DNA of 64,000 nt. Origin: Acanthaster planci (taxonomy: Eukaryota). Position 1 is the first letter of the stretch. Every line of letters begins with the position of its first letter. Under the pieces are notes generated by a model. It searched no databases and had not been told where the DNA came from. It was given only the letters and a program-made list of their open reading frames with translations. The stretch spans positions 2,488,932 to 2,552,931 of the forward strand of contig NW_019091356.1 in NCBI RefSeq assembly GCF_001949145.1, written 5' to 3'. A program made the position numbers and the translations under genes. Below are positions 27,437-40,900 of this stretch, piece by piece.

Positions 27437-28448
27437 CACATGTACTGTACATGGTATGTATGTACCTCGAGTTAAACTTTCGCATGAAGTATTTCCTAAT
27501 TTAGGAATAGGAGTATGCATTTTACCCAATGTAGTATAATGCTTTGTAGATCATTGGCATTGGCTGAACATGGACAATGGGTGATTCACTTGTAGCTGTG
27601 GCCGGCTCGTCAGCAGTAGGATTATTTTCTGCACAAATGGATATCAACGTTGACATTCTGTCCTCAGTACTAAACTACAGTTTTGGAGGGATATTTGAGT
27701 CAAAGTGTACATTTTGAATGTTATCTCACCTACAGTTTTGTAAAAAGCATGCACATGTACATGTACATGTCCATCCCTGATACACACTATAATGTGTATA
27801 TTATGTGTACATTGATCCAGGCCCTATTTTAGTTAGCACCATAAATCCTTGATGCCCAGATTGTTGCCAGACATTCACACATTGGTCCTTTCCTAACAGT
27901 ACACATGTTCATGCAGAGTAGTCATACATGTACATGTTCGTGTACGTGTTCACAAACACGTGCAAGTCATTTTCCTCGGTCTCTACCTAATAACCTCATT
28001 ATGTTTGTGCTGAGTCCCTGCTACAGCCTTCAAGTTCCAAGACTCACTCCAGAGCCAGTAACTCCAGTCAGATTCCGCAGTCCACAACCCCCCTCCCCTT
28101 CTTCATAGTTCATGGTCGCCTTCTTTGTGTCTCCCATGGAGTTTCTCCCATAGACCATATCAAAAACAAGCACCACCATGACCATGGTCACACCTCAGGT
28201 CAGTCCCCAGAATGCCTCATAACAGGCAATGGGCTTCCAAATGTTCATCCCTGAGCAGGTGTGGAGACTGACAAGTACCAGAAGGTAGCAATTTTTCCCT
28301 ACCCCTGGGAGTTATTATGGAGCTTTGGAAGAAGCCACACTCCTTTGAAACTTGCTGTTTTACAGCTTCACCTCTGGTGGCCAAATTTAATTACCAACCA
28401 TATTTTAACTGAAGGCCATTGACTCATAGTATGATGGGCAAACACCAG

Positions 28449-28691
28449 GGGCCAATTTCATAGAGCTGCTTAAGCACAAATTTGCTTAAGTGCGGAAAAA
28501 ACTTTGCTTGATAAATCAGATAACCAGTCAAAATTCCATGTGATGTATATTGGTTTGGGATTGTATTTAGCCGATTTCTTTGGTTAGCATGTCAATCGGA
28601 CAGAGTTTGAGCCGGTAACCTTTGTTTATTAAGCAAATTTTTTTCCCGCTTAAGCAAATTTTGTGCTCAAGCAGCTCCATGAAATTGGCCC
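28449..28691. mobile_element. Harbinger-like MITE with CAG target duplication
   Basis: TIRs of about 45-70 bp, GGGCCAATTTCATAGAGCTGCTTAAGCACAAA / TTTTGTGCTCAAGCAGCTCCATGAAATTGGCCC; CAG on both flanks. Confidence 0.88.
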
Positions 28692-31600
28692 CAGCTTGCC
28701 AAGCATAATATGTTTTGCAGAATTGAATTTGAACAAATTTCAAGTCCAACGACCTTTTGCAAACATTTTTTTGCCGTACATTTGAAGGGAAGCATGAATA
28801 ATCGTGCTGTCAGAAATTGTCGCAAAGAGGAAGAGGAACATTACATTGATGGATTTATTTTTCAGAAGCCTGACATTGTCTTTCCTTCAGCAGAACTGGA
28901 GAAAATTGAATCCCGTTGGAATCATGGATCCGTTAATGTACAGTACATGTAGGTACAGTGTACAGTGTAAGTACATGTACATGAACCTACTCCTGCACCA
29001 ACATCCCAGGGTAGGGTCAACCTGAATTGACTCTGATTTTCCAGCCACAAATGAGGTTTGAACTTCCTTGGAATTGAAAGAGCAGAATTGCATGTCAGAT
29101 GGTATAACGCTTCACATACATGTATACGTAACTCACTCGGGTACATAGTCCATTTTGCAGTCGCGCACAATCTTCGGAATTGAAGAATTAATCCCTGCCC
29201 AGAGACCAGTAATCAATTTACTGGCAATTTGAGACGGAGTAACCCAGTCTTCCCGATCGAATTAATTGCCAGGGTAAATGCCATCATCCGTGTACTTTGG
29301 AGGTAATGAAATATCTGTATCCTCTCCTATTTTTAATCAACAGCCACCGATTGATGACATCTGTGTTGGAATCTGGGGCTGTTGTCTCTGTATTCAGTCT
29401 GCCATCGTGAAAAATACCTCCATGCGTTCAAACCGCAGAAACTGTCTCAAAGCTTTTTCCATAGCTCCATGCTCCATGTTTTTTTCAGACTTTTTAAACT
29501 AGTGGTTGGTTAGACTAGAGACTTAGGGGGAAAAATGAGTTCCAGTTTCCATGAATTGCCTAGTGGAAAGATACTGCCCAGCAAGTTTTCTAGTTTGCAG
29601 AAAAGCAGCTGAGATGGTCACCAGCAGCATGCATTAAATGTCAGCTTGTTTGTCTTAATCAGTTCCAGCCAGTTACATGTACATGAATTTTTTTCTTTCT
29701 TTTTTTCTCCTTTTTTTCATGTTTTTCTTTTTTTTTGGTAAAGCAGTCATTGACATGCTTGAAGTGTAGCTCTGCATGCAACAGCCAATTTTGGCAGTGC
29801 CTAATTTCACCAAGAATTTGTGCTGAAACTTGAAAATACTTGCCTAGTATTAAAGAGATTGCCGGCGACAGTGTTTCAATGTGGTTTCGTGGTTGTGTCT
29901 CCCAAGTGAAGGTTTGTGCTGAACCGGTTGTTTTTTCTTTCTTCTGAGCAGCTGCATTAACTTTGACCTGGTTTCAAGACTGTTGCTGGAAGAGAAATTG
30001 AGAACACAAAATCAAGCTTGGTCACTTCACCTCACGGGGTCAATATAAGGATCTGCAAATAAAATCCAAGAAATTGCACATCCCTGTTTCAACATTGAAG
30101 ACCATCGATCAGTGGAAGGGTAATGTGTTACAGCCATGAGTCTTGTGTCCAGACCTCTCTGTTTAATCAGGGACCATGGTCCATGGTTTAATGATTGCCA
30201 GACATACTGCAGTCTATGCCATCCATCATGACTGATAAACTTGTCTGGAGGTTTCTGTCAGTGCCAGATTATGAGCCTGCAGTGAATTTTTCTTTGCTCT
30301 GTTAACTGACAATGCATAGTTGTCTACAGTTATCGTGAAGCGCACGCAACAGACTTGTACTTCTTTACACTTTTTATGTGAAGAAGGAAATAAAGGTTTG
30401 TTCAATACAGAGATTTTTTTTCTGCAGTTTACCTTGTGTTGATCTCCATAATTTTCAGGATTAAAGAAGTTTAGAAAATTTTTCTTTTCTTGTCACTGGA
30501 TCTGGATGTACAAATGAAATATCAAGAACAGGTTTAGACTGACAAGGTTTTTGAAATGTTTTCAACGTTTTGCCTTTCATTTCCTTCATTCTGTCTTTGG
30601 TTCTGATTTATGGTATATATAATACTGTAAAAATGTGAAATTATGAGGGACAGTTTCCTTTGTGTAATCCGTTACTCTATAATTTTATTTAAAAGGCACT
30701 GAAAATTGAATTTGAAGAAATACTGTCGTGACTCATAAGTCAATTTTAAAAAATGATGTTTTCTAATTACCTGTAAGTTTTTTCATTTTCCAGTTTAATT
30801 CCTGAGAAGTCTGCTCTGAAATTGTGTTCGGACACTTGTCACTTTTAGTTAAGGGTAATGCAATGATTTATGATTTTTTTTTTGGTTTAGATCCTAGATT
30901 ACTTCCTGATCATTAATTAAGTCTCGGTTCACTTCAATTTTCCCAGGTTTGTTCTGAACAGTCCGAAAAGCTTAGTCATCAGCTCTTTAGTGATGGAATT
31001 ATGGTCATCCCACAAGGCCCTGGTGGAGGAAATCTGTCCTTGATAAATACCCATGTTGATGTACTGTGTTTGAGACAGGAGCAAACGCTAGCTTCCGAAT
31101 ATGCTCCTTCAAATTATGCATCCGAGTGGTGACCCGCCATCTCGGAGAAAAGAGAGGCCTGCACAATATATACACGTTGGTCTTAGGCATATTGGTTGGA
31201 ACTGCCAAGGATCGTGCTGAAAATTGATGTTCTTTGAATATTTAGTTTTAGAATCAGACATTCGGAAGTAATGTGTACCGACACAGAATTGCATTCTGAA
31301 ACCTATGTGTAATTTAAGATATTGCGAGAAACTCACGAGACAGGCTGATTGATGTGCCCAACGCTAAGGCCAAGTAATTAACGGTATAGAACTGTTCCCA
31401 CTTGCCGATCAAATCCTTCGTGTAGGTTTGCAGTCCGGCTTCGTTGTTATTACGACGGCAACTTAATTGAAGTTGACTTCTGTCTTCACAGTTAAATGTG
31501 ATTGTCATGTTTTTCACTTTACAAACAATTCTGATATTCCCTGCTTTTTTCTCCCATCCTGTGTAAAATTTGCTGTATTTGGAAACTGTTTTGTTATTTT

Positions 31601-33080
31601 CTTAAGTCGTCAGGGAACTTTAAAAATTTGGTATTTATGTTACCGAAAAATTCAATCCAATGGAACTTGGAAGGAGCTGCCATGCTGTGGAACACAGTAG
31701 AAGACAGCAGAACAGAGCAGCTGTGTCCAACAAGCGTTTGCGCATTGGGTCACACAATTCACATAACACATTACACCAGTTGACTATATTCATGAGATCC
31801 TCTGTAAATACATGTACTTTGAGGTTGCTACACAGGGCATGGCAAGCCGAAGTTGAGCAGTTCTCTCCAAATAGATGACTGTTCGTGTAAAAGAAACATG
31901 TAGTGTGGATTCAAGGACTTCCTTAGTATTTTGTAACTCACATCCGTGTACATTTACCCCTGGTACATGGTAGAGAGCTTTGTTAATGATATTGGCCATT
32001 CTACGCGTAAATGTCTCACAAAGTTGAAATTGTTTCTGTAGATATTCCCAAGTGAAGAAGTTATCTGTTAAGGTGCTCCAGAAATGGGTGTGATTTGTAT
32101 GTTTCTGTTTATCATAGAGATGTCTGTGCCCACGATATCACCCTTTCGGTACTGGTTATTGGTTAGATAGAGCATAGAGCTGTGTAGCTCTATGGATAGA
32201 GCGAGGCTGTGTTTTCCTTTTGAATTAGTGTTAATGTGGTTATGGAAGAATGACGAGGTCTATTTACTTCATTGAGAGCTCTCTACTAATAATAAAGGTA
32301 CCATACCAGTATAAATACATGTGTTCATCAGTGTGTTACTGTGGCTAGTAGTTGTAAACTTGTTGACACAAACCACGCAGGACTTAATTTCATCTGCAAA
32401 AGACTGTCTTTGATCAGGTGTGAATGGACAGGAGGGGACCCAGTGCCATTAATAGTGCTGAAGAGAATTGGGTTTCAGGGAAATCCTGCCAACATGGAGG
32501 CAATCCAGGGAGATTATCGCCCGTAATTTGATTGGATCCCCTGTAAGAATTGGTCAGGTCAAGCCAAGCCGGCAGAGTGGCCAACAATTTGAGGCCTTGA
32601 TTGGAGCATGATTGGAGGGGCTGCCTGCAGTGTCCAGCCATGGCCCATTGTTATGCTGATGGGGTCTAATGGAGTGGCATTAGGAAGTAAAACGGTTGAT
32701 TGAGGTGCATGTAATGGGATCAAGACCTTTTCAGCAGGCTCCTTGTCGGGTCCTTGTTGGTGGTAGCCGAAGGTCTTTTGGAGTCCAGTCTTGTTCTGAT
32801 CTAAGTCATACTGTGGAAGGAGAGACCAAAAGGGAACACAACAGTTTCGCTCACAAGTACCCATGTCTGCTTTGGTAATATTCGAACAGCAAACTCTGAG
32901 TACGTGTACACAAGACCAGAAAAGGAAGACTTACTGTTCGACCTACATTGTCCTCGGCATTTGTTCAACAGATCTGTCAAATCTGTGCTCTGACTGATTT
33001 TTTACCCAGTCCAGTTGATGGGACGCTACTGTAGTACTGTGGCTGGCGATTCATGAACCGAGCTGGGAACATCTGATCAC

Positions 33081-33149
33081 ATGTATGATGCTCAACTTAA
33101 ACCTCTCATCTTCAAAATGGTGAACAGAGAATCCTGCAAAATTTGTGAC
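33081..33149 (+). CDS. MCC: Candidate alternative first coding exon of MCC: MYDAQLKPLIFKMVNRESCKICD
   Basis: In-frame ATGs at 33081 and 33117 (caaaATGG), phase-0 donor GAC|gtgagt. Confidence 0.3.
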
Positions 33150-34808
33150 GTGAGTTGAATTGGGGTGATTTCTCTTGTATGTAAGTTTCACATGATAAAG
33201 TAGTTCTTATATTGGTTTGGTAAGTCTGTGACTACACAAAGATTACAATGTGGTTCTTATTGCCAACAGTTTGGGGTGTTGAAGGCTATAATCTCGCATG
33301 AATGTTTACAGTGTTTTCGTGGTCATAAACCAAATAATAACTCAAGATGCCTGTAATGTGCATACCTGACTGACTCTGAAAACTGGTGTAGACAAAGGAG
33401 AAATATCTTGGCTGAAGAGTGTAGTACATGTCAACACTTGGTGATATTTTGCTGGCTCTGTGGTCACGCTGTGAGGCGCATGTACATGCACTGCATTGGA
33501 GAATGCCTTTCTTTTAATAGTATTAGTACTGAAACCGTCTTTTCAATGACGACAAAGAGTTTAATATCCGGTGGAATGTGGCCTTGATTTTTGAAATTCT
33601 TTCACATTGCTGTGTGCACTGTTTAGTGAGAATTGAATACTGTTCTTTTTCCTGTGTGAATACTCTTTCATGGAGATTTATTTTGTTGGTTTATTTCTCA
33701 TTTTGAAAGGTCAAGGTACTTTTCGCGTTGCACCAGATTTTTTCCCCTGTTGTTGTGGGTCTTTTGTACCACTTGCAAGTACAAAGCATTAATTGTAAGC
33801 TGGATATCTTTGACAATTTATGTATGTACATGTATATGACATCTTACCATGTTGTGCCCAAAGAAGCTGTCATTTACTTCTCTTTTCTAAATTTTGCATT
33901 AAATTTTCCACGAGTGCCTCTGAAATTTCTGAAATATTATATTTCATAATACAGTTCAGAAGTTGACACAGGGAAAAGAAATTGTGTGGAAGAGTTGCTT
34001 AAGAAAATGCTGTTTATATATCAAGATACGTGTATAATTTGGTATTTCTGCATGGATCCATTGTTAGAAAAGGTTTTTTTGGTTCTTTTTTAATCCTTTT
34101 GTGTCACTGTAAATGTCAGTTTGCCTCTGAGGGTGTGATGATTTGCACACGGACAAACTGCTTGGAAAGGGAGGGCCAGAACTGTAATGTAACTAACTAA
34201 TCATCTCCCGTTGGAACTTGCAAGCTACAGGAAGAGCAGATGCTGGTGGTGTTTTTTTGGGGGGGGGGCAGCAGAGATTTCTGGATGACCCTCCCCTTCT
34301 ATTGTCACAAAGCTGGGATTAGTGTCCAGTCCAGCTAGATAATCAGTTGATAATCCTATTTTCACTTCAGAGAAATCTGTAATCTGGCTGGTGGATTACG
34401 CGTCCCCAAGGAGGTTGATAGCCGCCGCCGTGTGAAACCGTAGAGCAAATGGTGTAACAAAACTGAACAAGTTGGGGAAGAGCATTGGTGATGAGAGATC
34501 TCAGCAGCAGTGTGGCCCAGTCTGTCACAAGCCTATTATAAGTCTCTCATGCCCATTCTCAAGTCGTGGAATGAGCTGTTATAGGGAATTCCATGGGACC
34601 TTCGATTACTTGTCCTTGTGAATTGACTTGACTTCCAGAATAGAAATTGATTGCAATTTAAGCAGGTTTTAAATCCATTTGTCACGTGCACTTAAGAGAA
34701 CACTCCCTTTTGACTCTTAAAATGCAGACCGGGGATCTCACTTAGATATCAGCATTTTGCCGTGGCACAAAATGGTTGATTCGTTTGTTTCCGTTACTTT
34801 TTCTGCAG

Positions 34809-34922
34809 TTACACCTGGCTGCCCTAGCCTCGTTAAAGGGAGAGATCATCGAGCTGACGAACCGGCTACAGAGAGTCAGCGCCGAGAGAGATGTTCTGGA
34901 CAAGAAACTGGGCAAGGCACAG
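34809..34922 (+). CDS. MCC: MCC exon LHLAALASLKGEIIELTNRLQRVSAERDVLDKKLGKAQ (first shared exon, phase 0/0)
   Basis: Acceptor ttttctgcag|TTA, donor CAG|gtagga; homology to the MCC N-terminal coiled coil. Confidence 0.95.
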
Positions 34923-37900
34923 GTAGGAATGTACTTTTTTGTCCTGACATGTCCCAAAGGGGCAGATTATGAACTGGTGTCTTCCTTGGATGCAAGATAA
35001 TCAGAAGAGACAGTTGCTAAAAACTGAAGTTCTTTCGACCTGTAAACGTTATTTGAACGTGACGCCCCAGAGAGGAACAAATCACTGGACTGCCTGTGTT
35101 ACTAATAAAGTATGCAGACAAAATCCTGAAACAGGTCGCATGATCTGGTCTTAAGCTTTGAAACGTGACACTGTAACCGGTCCCACAATGCACAGAATTT
35201 GAAAACGATAAGATGGATGTTAAATACAAATGTAAGATATTCCTCCCTGCCTCGTTGGGGAATTGGTTGCCTTACAGAAGCTAATGGATGTTACATGTAC
35301 AAATGTAGTGTTCACTTCCCTTTATCTGTTAAACAAGAGCTCGAACATACATTTTCTCGGTCTCCTAAGGTCAGAGTATGCTCACCTGAAACACTACATA
35401 TGCACTAGGTTTATGTTTTGGGGGTTATGGTGTCTCAATGTAGACACTTTGCAGTAACTTGCAGGCTTGAACAGTTGGCATTTGCGTGTAGTTGTGAATT
35501 TATTCCTTATAAATCTTCCCTTCTTTCCAAATCACTGTTTGCCTCAAGTATTCCGCTGCATTCCAAGTCAGCATACGGGAAGTATCGCCCGCATATTTGT
35601 TGCAGACGGGGGTAACCCAAGTGTGGCCGGTCTGAACAAAGTGTGTCAAAGCCATCAAAATTCTTCATCTGCAAAAGCTTTGCGGATGCGGGCAAACACG
35701 CGGGCAAGCAAGACCAGTACGGATCACACAGTCCAGTTCCGATGGCTTTCCCAAAAGACATTTTTTTTAAAAAGAAGAAGAAAAACAACACGTGGAAATA
35801 TGTACCAGAAGCCTGTAGGCAGAGTAGAAGGAAGGGGTCACAGACTTGGCGAGAGTTATTTTGGGCATCAATTAAAACAGTGGAAAGGGTATCGCCGTCC
35901 AGCAACTGATCGTTGAATGTCAACACTGCACAGACAAGCTGGCTCGCCAACTTCTCATTTCCCCCCATCTACTTACTTTGAGGGGGGGAGGCTAGTCCTC
36001 ACACCGCCACAGAATCAAATTTCCCGTGCTCCTGGCCAATTTATAGATTTTTTATCCTCTCTTCCTCATCTTATCTCCTTCTAATCATGAGTTTAAGTAC
36101 ACACAGGAAAAAAACTGTAGTCGGGTGTATTTTTTTGTGGACTCCCGCAATCCAATGGAGTAAAGGGGAGGTTTATATTGGGATGTACTGTGCCTCTGCC
36201 CCCCCCTTCAGTTTTTAGACTTTGGGGCGAGCCGAGCAAGACTGGCTCCACCGGAACTGAACGTGGTTGTTACCACGAGGCCCGGAATTCCAAAAAGGTG
36301 TCAGATAATGCATGCAGTTCCCTCAGGGAACTCCGTCCAGCCGTGTCTGTCTATTAAGCGCACCCGAGAATAACGGAGCCTCGGCCCTATGTACTCTCCT
36401 AATTCTCCCGCTAATTTGTAAAAAGAAACCTATCGGTTTTCTGCTTGGAGTGGGGATATCACAGCGGCGGTGATGAGCACAACGGAAGCAAGTACAGATT
36501 AAACCGGAAAGTGCAATCTCTTTGCCTGTTCCAAAGCCTGGCCATACCTGTTTGTTGTTACCCGGCATTTAACACTCCAGTTACCGATATTCATGCTGGA
36601 CTGACATCCTTGAAACTTGAACCTGGCCATCAATATCACTTGAAATGTTCTTGTAGTGCGTTGTTAAATGGGTGGCTGGGTAGTATGCTCAGTGTATGAA
36701 ACCTCTAATTAATCAGCAATTCCCCACAAGTCTGCGTTTTATTTTCTTTCTCTGCCTTTTTTCAATGTCGTGATCTGGGAACAGGATAGCTGAGTTTTTT
36801 ATTATTGACTGGTAATTACCATATTGAACTTGGATTAAAATTGTGGATCAAAAAAGCCACCCCCCCCAAAAAAAACATTCATGGTCAAGTCAGTGACTGA
36901 GTTGAAGCAAGACAAGCTTGAAGACGTCCAAGCAAAAAAAAAAAAGGCTACATTGTACTTCATGACATTGTTTCATGTATGATTTTTGTAATTGCTTTTC
37001 ATTTAAGATATCTTTAAATAATATGCATCTTTACTTCTTCCAATCACGTTGCAAAACCATACTGTCAAATGTCGGACATGGCCAAAATGATATTTGGTAG
37101 CTCGGTTAGTAGAGCGTCAGAGTGTGTTTGTTTTCACCTGCAAATAAACTTGTGGTCCCTCACGCAGGTGGAGAGATCACGGCTGTTGCGGGAAAACGAA
37201 GATAGATTAGACCAGCAAGCTGTGCGGTACGAGGAGAGAATAACGGAGCTGCATAGCGTCATAGCTGAGCTGAACAAGAAAATAGACAGATCACATGGCG
37301 TCGCATTCAGGTGAGCACAAATCACCAAGTCGTTAAAAACTCGCACAGAGCTCACTGGTCAGTGCAGCTGAACTGCAGAGCATCGACATTTTGTTAAATA
37401 TGGAAATAATTCGCTAAGCACAAACTGCAACATCTCAACCGCTTCAGAGTAAGCACGTAAATTTCCCAGCAGAAAAATAGCTACATGTATGTGAAATTGG
37501 GCCCAGTGTACATGTACATGTAGGAGACTAATCTAAGGCACATCTGTATCTCAGTTAGCGGAGCACAAGTTGGTATTTGGGAGGTCAGGGGTTCAACCCC
37601 CACTCTGCTCAGTTTTCTTTGTTAACGGTAAAAGTTGATCAGGTTTCCAGAGAGATTGTTATCTTTGGATTTACGAGAACTGCACAGAGGTTTTCTGTGC
37701 TCCAACTTTGTGAACATATTTCTTCTCTGACTCATGCGGAAGTACCCATGTAGTTTGTTGCTGGAACCGGTCAGAGCTTTGCCTCCCAAACCTGTCTGGC
37801 TTTATGTAAGCTGGTTGCTGATGGATGTCAATAAACCACGGCAACCTTTCAAATGTAAGGCTCTCCCGTAAATATTTCATTTGTGACTCACACACGCAAA

Positions 37901-40900
37901 AACTGTTTTTTGTTGAGTTACATGTGCCCTATGGAAGTCTCCAAAGGGAGCAAAGCTCACTCAGCAGCTCTAAGCTTGTTTTTTATCCAGAAAGCCCTTT
38001 GACAAATAACCCAAAAGACTCTCTGGCAAATTCCCATGCCATGGTTGCCTTAGTGGCGGGATACCAGACAGGCCATTAAATGTTCTTGAACTTCAACCAA
38101 ACACCCTCTTTCCCAACTCTCCCTCCCCCCATCTGATACCTCAACAGGCCCCAGGGTACTTGTCTGAATTTAGCCAGCCCTTTAGGACCACAAACAGATC
38201 TAAATTGGCCAGAAATCCAAAGAAAAAGTTGGAGTGATTTGGATCTAATGTCTGACAGATGACAGTTATTTTCAGAGCCCAGCGGGAGTATAATGATCCA
38301 CACCTTCAGCCCCCAAGAAAGTTGACAATTGTAACACGAACCTCTAGCCGTAGGGCTATTTTTTCTGTCCGCAGGTCTGAACTCTGACCTGGTCAGAATA
38401 TTGCAGTCACTGTAGAGCTTGTCTTTCGGTTCAGAAGGAAATGAAGAAAACTGAGTTTCAGCTGCAGTAATTGACCTCTGAAAAAATGTGAAATATAATC
38501 CGGCATTTTTATGAGGTGGCTGGTTTGTTATGGTGTGGAAACTTGCTGTAGTAACCTTTGACTAACATAAGTACTAGTGGGTTCAATTTGTAAGGCAAAG
38601 GTCATGACAAAAATGTGACCTGTTCCCACGGAACCTGGCCAAAATTACACACAATAAAGATGGTTTATAAAATGAAATTTGAATACGTAGGGGAACGATA
38701 GGTCCAAAAACCCTGCTCATTGGATGATCAAAGAAAGCTAAAGACCGGTATGTTTGTTGTGGGTATGCTCAGGAGAACTCAAACATACTTGAAATTCGTT
38801 GCAGTTCAGTTTTGTTTTTTAATTCTTTTTTTTTCCAGCCACATGTACTTTGTCCTGATTTCTTAGGAGTAGGTCACAAATAACCTTCAGGTAAAATTTT
38901 TGTCATGGGAAAGACAGTGCCCGTCAGAATTATGCATCTTTACTTGGGGAAACTCCATTCTAATCTCCAGCAGGTTTGGATAACCCACAATACCAGCATT
39001 TCACATGCTTTATCACCAGGAGTGATAATATTTTTGTCTGGGTCTTGCAGTCGGCATTCCACGTCAGTGGCGTCATACACTTTGATAGCTGCAGTCTGCC
39101 AGCACCACTTTTCCCTTATCGCTAGCATTGAGCTACATGTACATGTACATTGTACAATGATGACAAAGCTGCCAGTAGATGCGTTGAAAAAATACTGTAC
39201 ATGCATATCTGGGAAATGTTCCATCTTTGGACCACACACATTAGAAGGTTGGTGTGGAGTAAAAGGCACTTTCAGTTTGTTGGATAGAAAGACAAAAATG
39301 TTTTGATTTTTTTTTTTTTTTACTGATTGAAAATGTTTGCTGGTTTTGCACATTTTAAACAGGAAATCCCCCCTCTGTGAGTCTTCCGGTTCCTAGTATT
39401 AATGAAGTATGAATTCTACACAAAATCTGGGTTGGCAAGATTTTATGTTATATTCTGTCCACTTGTTTCAATTTAGATCGGCTTTTTGGATTCAGCAAGT
39501 GTTTTTGATGCAAAGGATTTACAATCATGGTTTAATTTTACTTCATTTAAATTGCGCACTTCAGAGTTTAACTATAGAGGAATGACACAAATTGAGTTAG
39601 AACTCTGGCACTTCAAAGTGCTGGATGAGCATTGCCGCCCGGTCAGACAAACAATAGTAAACATTCCAAAAATGCCTGATAACTGCCTGCATTATAATAA
39701 TAATAATTAATGATTCAAATAAAGCAAATAAAACACAATATTTTATAAACAACTTGGCTATTCGTTCCCAATACCCCAGAAAAAAAGCATTTGATACTGG
39801 CAATGACTGCGCATGAACACTAAGGGCACACAGCTTAACTCAAGCAAACTGCACAAGCATTAAATTTGATCTTGTTTTTAAGTCACACCAAGCACCATCG
39901 ATGGCACGAATATTCAACTTCCTATACTGCAGTGTACAGCATTTTAAGGATGCAGGTTACCAGTGAAAAATTGTGGCGATGATCATAGGGTACAAAGGGG
40001 GCTTATGGTTGTAAAACAGGTGGTGTGCAGCAAGTGTTCGCTGCGCTCTGGCTATGAACATACTGGGCATGCCAGAAACAGTAATTGGTCAGTTGTTACA
40101 GCCCGGGCAGTTCAAACTCCTTCTGTGTCCTTCCTCCATGGTTGAACATGGTAAAATATCAGTGTACATCAACCTTTTATATCTCTACAAGGAGATTAGA
40201 AACGTTAGTCCTTAATATAATGTTGCCCTTACATGTAATAAAGTGATTTTCAATCAAGCCTAAGTCATTACTCTGTCGGAGCTGGATCACAAACAAAATG
40301 AGACTGCTTTTTGCACACAGAGGAAGGTAGTACCAGCATATTGTACCCACACACGTAGCATGCAAACTATAAATGCATGCACCTGTTGTTCTGTGCATGT
40401 TTCTCTCTCATTAGTCATTTGATGCATGTATAAGTACCCTGTTAACAAATTCTTGCGAACTCTACTTTTGTCCCAACTTTAGAGTTAGGTTTAAAACCAG
40501 GTATGCATTTTATCCCTGGTATACATGCATGTGCATGTACTTGCCTCTGAAGGAAGTGTCATCTCTGCGGGCACATGTACTGGTAGGTGTTATTCTGCAT
40601 GCATTTCACCAATGCTAAGACATGGTGGTTTGTGAATTCAATCAAATTACTTGATTTCAATCTCTTAATCTAAATTTGTTTGATTTAGATCAAAAAAATC
40701 TGATTTAAATAACAAAAATTCTGATTTTTTTTTAATAAAAAAATCAACAACCCTAGTTAAATGTGATAAATGCCTCCTGAGGTTTATTATGTGGTTAGAA
40801 AAAGCCTTGATGCAATTACAAGCTGAAACATTATGAAAAAAAAAAGTATCCTGAAAAAAAAATTAGAATAAGCTGCTTAGTTAAGTTTAGGAGTTTAATG

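Noticed and set aside
1..34800. EF-hand exons of the long MCC isoform, a nested gene, or an autonomous transposase/RT ORF
   Set aside because: None recognised in any frame; EF-hand exons, if present, would lie upstream of the window. Small diverged exons could have been missed without a homology search.
37546..37627. Possible tRNA genes here and at 63726-63801
   Set aside because: Only degenerate A/B boxes and no complete cloverleaf; called as SINE fragments instead.
40621..40755. hAT-like fragment rich in GATTTAAAT-type words ending CAACCCTA
   Set aside because: Left terminus too decayed and no 8-bp TSD.
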